Assembly: GCA_031266665.1 (NCBI GenBank)
Contig: JAISAO010000053.1
Span: forward strand, 4,377 to 68,376
DNA length: 64,000 bases
Reading direction: 5' to 3'
From: Propionibacteriaceae bacterium
GTDB taxonomy: Bacteria; Actinomycetota; Actinomycetes; Propionibacteriales; Propionibacteriaceae
The notes under the pieces were generated by a model. The model was not told the DNA's origin. It ran no database searches and was given only the letters and a program-made list of their open reading frames with translations. A program made the translations under genes and the position numbers. Shown here piece by piece: positions 62,070-64,000 of this stretch (the first letter of the stretch is position 1; every line of letters begins with the position of its first letter).

Positions 62070-62202
62070 GGGGAGAATGTTAGCCGATGCCGCCGCCTTG
62101 ACCCAGCCGACCGGCGTCCGCGCCATCCCCCGCCGACCCTGGCGATTCGCCCCGCCGCGCCCCCGTGGCCTAAGATGGCGCTTCGGCCGGACGTCCGGCC
62201 AT

Positions 62203-62276
62203 GGTGGCTATAGCTCAGTCGGTAGAGCATCAGATTGTGGATCTGAGGGTCGCGGGTTCGAGCCCCGTTAGCCACC
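62203..62276 (+). tRNA. tRNA-His (anticodon GTG) with encoded G-1
   Basis: GGTGGCTATAGCTCAGTCGGTAGAGCATCAGATTGTGGATCTGAGGGTCGCGGGTTCGAGCCCCGTTAGCCACC. The extra 5' G pairs with discriminator C. Anticodon loop TTGTGGA. Confidence 0.95.
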
Positions 62277-62525
62277 CCGAACGCTTCCACCGAGGCCAGC
62301 CCACAGCACCCACTCCGCCAGCCACCCCCTGCATCAACAAACCCGAGGAAGCGACAGCCTAAACTCTAAGAACTTGTGTCTCGACAAGGTTGACAGCCCC
62401 CACCGCTCGCCATCGCTCGTCGTCAGTTTCGGGCTTACCGGGATACCTCAGCAAACCCACGTCTTGCCAGGACGTTGGCTTGCCCGACATCGGCAGGCCC
62501 GGATGAACGCATCTGTTCGATGGGA

Positions 62526-62534
62526 TGCTAGAAT
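62526..62534 (+). promoter_or_regulatory. candidate extended -10 promoter element (TGCTAGAAT)
   Basis: A TGnTAnAAT-type motif in an otherwise GC-rich spacer, about 40 nt upstream of the hairpin at 62574. Confidence 0.35.
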
Positions 62535-62573
62535 GTCTGCATCTGGGCTGGTTGAAAGACCCGGGTCCACATC

Positions 62574-62604
62574 ATGGCGGGGGAAGTCCCCCGCCATTTG
62601 ATTT
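62574..62604 (+). terminator. intrinsic-terminator-like hairpin in the leader of the DUF3800 gene
   Basis: Perfect 10-bp stem ATGGCGGGGG / CCCCCGCCAT (62574-62583 / 62588-62597) with loop AAGT, followed by TTGATTT. The ATG of the ORF-track start is buried in the stem. Confidence 0.5.
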
Positions 62605-62615
62605 ACGGGGGCGGC

Positions 62616-63305
62616 GTGGCGGACCTGAGCATCTTCTGCGATGAGGCCGGCGATTTCGGTACCGACTCCGACTACTACGTCCTGGCTCTGGTCCTACACC
62701 AACAAGACAACGACATCACCGCCCTGCTGGAGAAGTTGACCGAGGAGCTTCGACTGGGTGTAGACGGCCTGGATGCCGACCGGGCAATCCACACTGGCCC
62801 GGCCATCCGAGGAGAGAACGAGTACCGGAGCCTGCCGGTCGAGACCCGGCAGCGTGAGTTCAACCGCCTCTTCGCCTTCGCCCGGCGCGCGCCTGTCCGG
62901 CACCAGACCTTCACCTTCCGCAAGCGCGATCATCCTGACCGACTCAAGCTCAAGGGCACGATCTCCAGGGCGTTGTCGCTGTTCCTCCGCGACAACGCGG
63001 AGTACTTCCTTTCGTTCGAGAGGGTCATCATCTATTACGACAACGGGCAGGCCGAGATTACCGACGTGCTCAACACCTTGTTCAACGCCTTCTTCTTCGA
63101 GGTGGACTTCCGCCGTGTGCTGCCCGCCCAGTATCGGCTGTTCCAGGTGGCCGATCTGCACTGCACGCTGGAACTGCTCCGGGTGAAACTGGAGGAGAAC
63201 AAGTTGTCCCACAGCGACCTGTACTTCTTCGAGTCCCGGCATCGCCTGCGGAAGAACTACTTGGGCAAGTTGGACCACAAGCAGTTCGGCAGACGGAAGG
63301 CCTAG
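62616..63305 (+). CDS. DUF3800-family protein
   Basis: ORF 62574..63305. GTG 62616 is preferred because it gives VADLSIFCDEAGDFG, the family-typical start just before the (C/D)DE(A/S)G motif, and lies downstream of the hairpin. Visibly lower G+C than the flanks. Confidence 0.7.
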   Translation: MADLSIFCDEAGDFGTDSDYYVLALVLHQQDNDITALLEKLTEELRLGVDGLDADRAIHTGPAIRGENEYRSLPVETRQREFNRLFAFARRAPVRHQTFTFRKRDHPDRLKLKGTISRALSLFLRDNAEYFLSFERVIIYYDNGQAEITDVLNTLFNAFFFEVDFRRVLPAQYRLFQVADLHCTLELLRVKLEENKLSHSDLYFFESRHRLRKNYLGKLDHKQFGRRKA

Positions 63306-63505
63306 ACCGAGGTCGTCGCCAGCAACCTCAGCACTGACGAACTTGAATCGGCCCGTCTTCCCTTCTTCTTGCCTGATTCGGCCGTGACTAGGGAGTGTGC
63401 CTCGGCGTCTCGCTGTGGCTCCTGGTCGTGGAAGACGGAGTGGGGCGGTTCGAGTTGGATATGGACCGTTCTGGGCTGTCTGCAGAACTTGACACAGCCC
63501 AATTG

Positions 63506-63949
63506 TCAGGCTGGGGCTGTGAGGCTGGCGGCGGGCGGCGCTTCAGCGTTGGCTTGGCAGGATGCGCACAGGCCGTAGATCTCGATGCGGTGGTCGCTGA
63601 CGGCGAAGCCGTTGGCTTGGGCGATGTCGGCGATCCAGCCCTCCACAGCGGCGCCGGCGACCTCGGTGACGGAGCCGCAACCGGTGCAGATGAGGTGGTG
63701 GTGGTGGCCGGGGGCGCAGCGTCGGTAGACGGTCTCGTGAGTGTCGGTTTGGACCACGTCGAGTTGTCCGGCTTCGGCCATGGCCTGGAGAGTGCGATAG
63801 ACGGTGGGCAGACTGATCGCCACAGCTTTGGCGCGGAGTTGGTCGTAGGCCTGCTGGGCGGACAGGAAGCCGGTTTGTTCGGCGAACAGGGACTCCACGA
63901 GCGGCCGTTTGCGGGCGGCACGCACAGCCGGGTTGTCAGTCGTCGCCAT
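63506..63949 (-). CDS. Fur-family transcriptional regulator (subtype not assignable)
   Basis: ORF 63506..63973 trimmed to ATG 63949. DNA-binding helix ISLPTVYRTLQAMAEAG and metal sites HHHHLICTGCG...CASC. Confidence 0.85.
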   Translation of the reverse strand: MATTDNPAVRAARKRPLVESLFAEQTGFLSAQQAYDQLRAKAVAISLPTVYRTLQAMAEAGQLDVVQTDTHETVYRRCAPGHHHHLICTGCGSVTEVAGAAVEGWIADIAQANGFAVSDHRIEIYGLCASCQANAEAPPAASLTAPA

Positions 63950-64000
63950 GGTCGGTCCGCCGGGTGAGTGCATGGTTGAAGTCTAGGGGCGCGTCCAGGG

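Noticed and set aside
56878-62290. Run-on ORFs 56878..59664 (928 aa) and 60314..62290 (658 aa).
   Set aside because: - Only the C-terminal parts are genuine (APC permease from ATG 58635, GabT from ATG 61630, each with an RBS).
- The upstream parts are Arg/Pro/Gly junk.
- They overlap the aldehyde dehydrogenase gene or run across the tRNA-Ser and tRNA-His genes.
63445-63454. GCGGTTCGAG as an attR-like copy of the tRNA-His T-arm, bounding the DUF3800 islet.
   Set aside because: It is only a 10-nt imperfect match in G+C-rich DNA, with no extension into the acceptor stem. That is too weak to call a direct repeat, so it is mentioned only as a possibility.

Overview
Very G+C-rich actinobacterial chromosomal segment (G+C not computed), densely packed with conserved housekeeping genes on both strands.

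Gene content, left to right:
- leuC (partial) with a divergent IclR-type regulator, and a GT4 glycosyltransferase.
- A 4-gene Dpp/Opp-type peptide ABC importer, aconitase, and a trkA pair.
- The conserved actinobacterial dut / DUF3710 / OB-fold / DUF4235 / DUF4193 / sepH neighbourhood.
- A DUF4333 lipoprotein, an AlkP-family protein, a tandem USP, a YbjN-like protein and a LysR regulator.
- A glgX-glgE-glgB alpha-glucan cluster, an AAE-family transporter, a COG1579 zinc-ribbon protein and pepP.
- der, metG, an APH-like kinase, a CNNM/hemolysin-family protein, an LCP protein, a GH13 enzyme, proC and a GDPD phosphodiesterase.
- A putrescine/GABA-type catabolic cluster: class-III aminotransferase, APC permease, PatD-like aldehyde dehydrogenase and gabT.
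- tRNA-Pro(GGG), tRNA-Ser(CGA), tRNA-His(GUG) and a Fur-family regulator.

I found no rRNA, CRISPR array, transposase or integrase. Most long ORFs in the supplied track are Arg/Gly/Pro-rich shadow frames of the real genes.

I do not see a convincing new multi-gene system such as a defence island. The unusual items are:
1. GlgE sits in a 1443-codon frame with a ~790-residue Pro-rich N-terminal extension that looks translated.
2. Two adjacent paralogous sortase-substrate surface proteins share a Cys-bracketed helical module and an Ig-like module. One carries two very long Thr-Pro tracts.
3. Three copies of a ~165-nt MITE-like structured repeat end in CTAG and abut the stop codons of GT4, aconitase and metG.
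4. A small lower-GC islet at tRNA-Pro carries an AbiEi/AbiEii pair with a frameshifted toxin gene. Next to it is a tandem duplication of the tRNA 5' part plus its leader.
5. A single-gene DUF3800 islet next to tRNA-His is preceded by a promoter-plus-terminator leader.
6. Many short tandem duplications lie in intergenic spacers.

All family assignments come from reading motifs and from memory. No searches were run.
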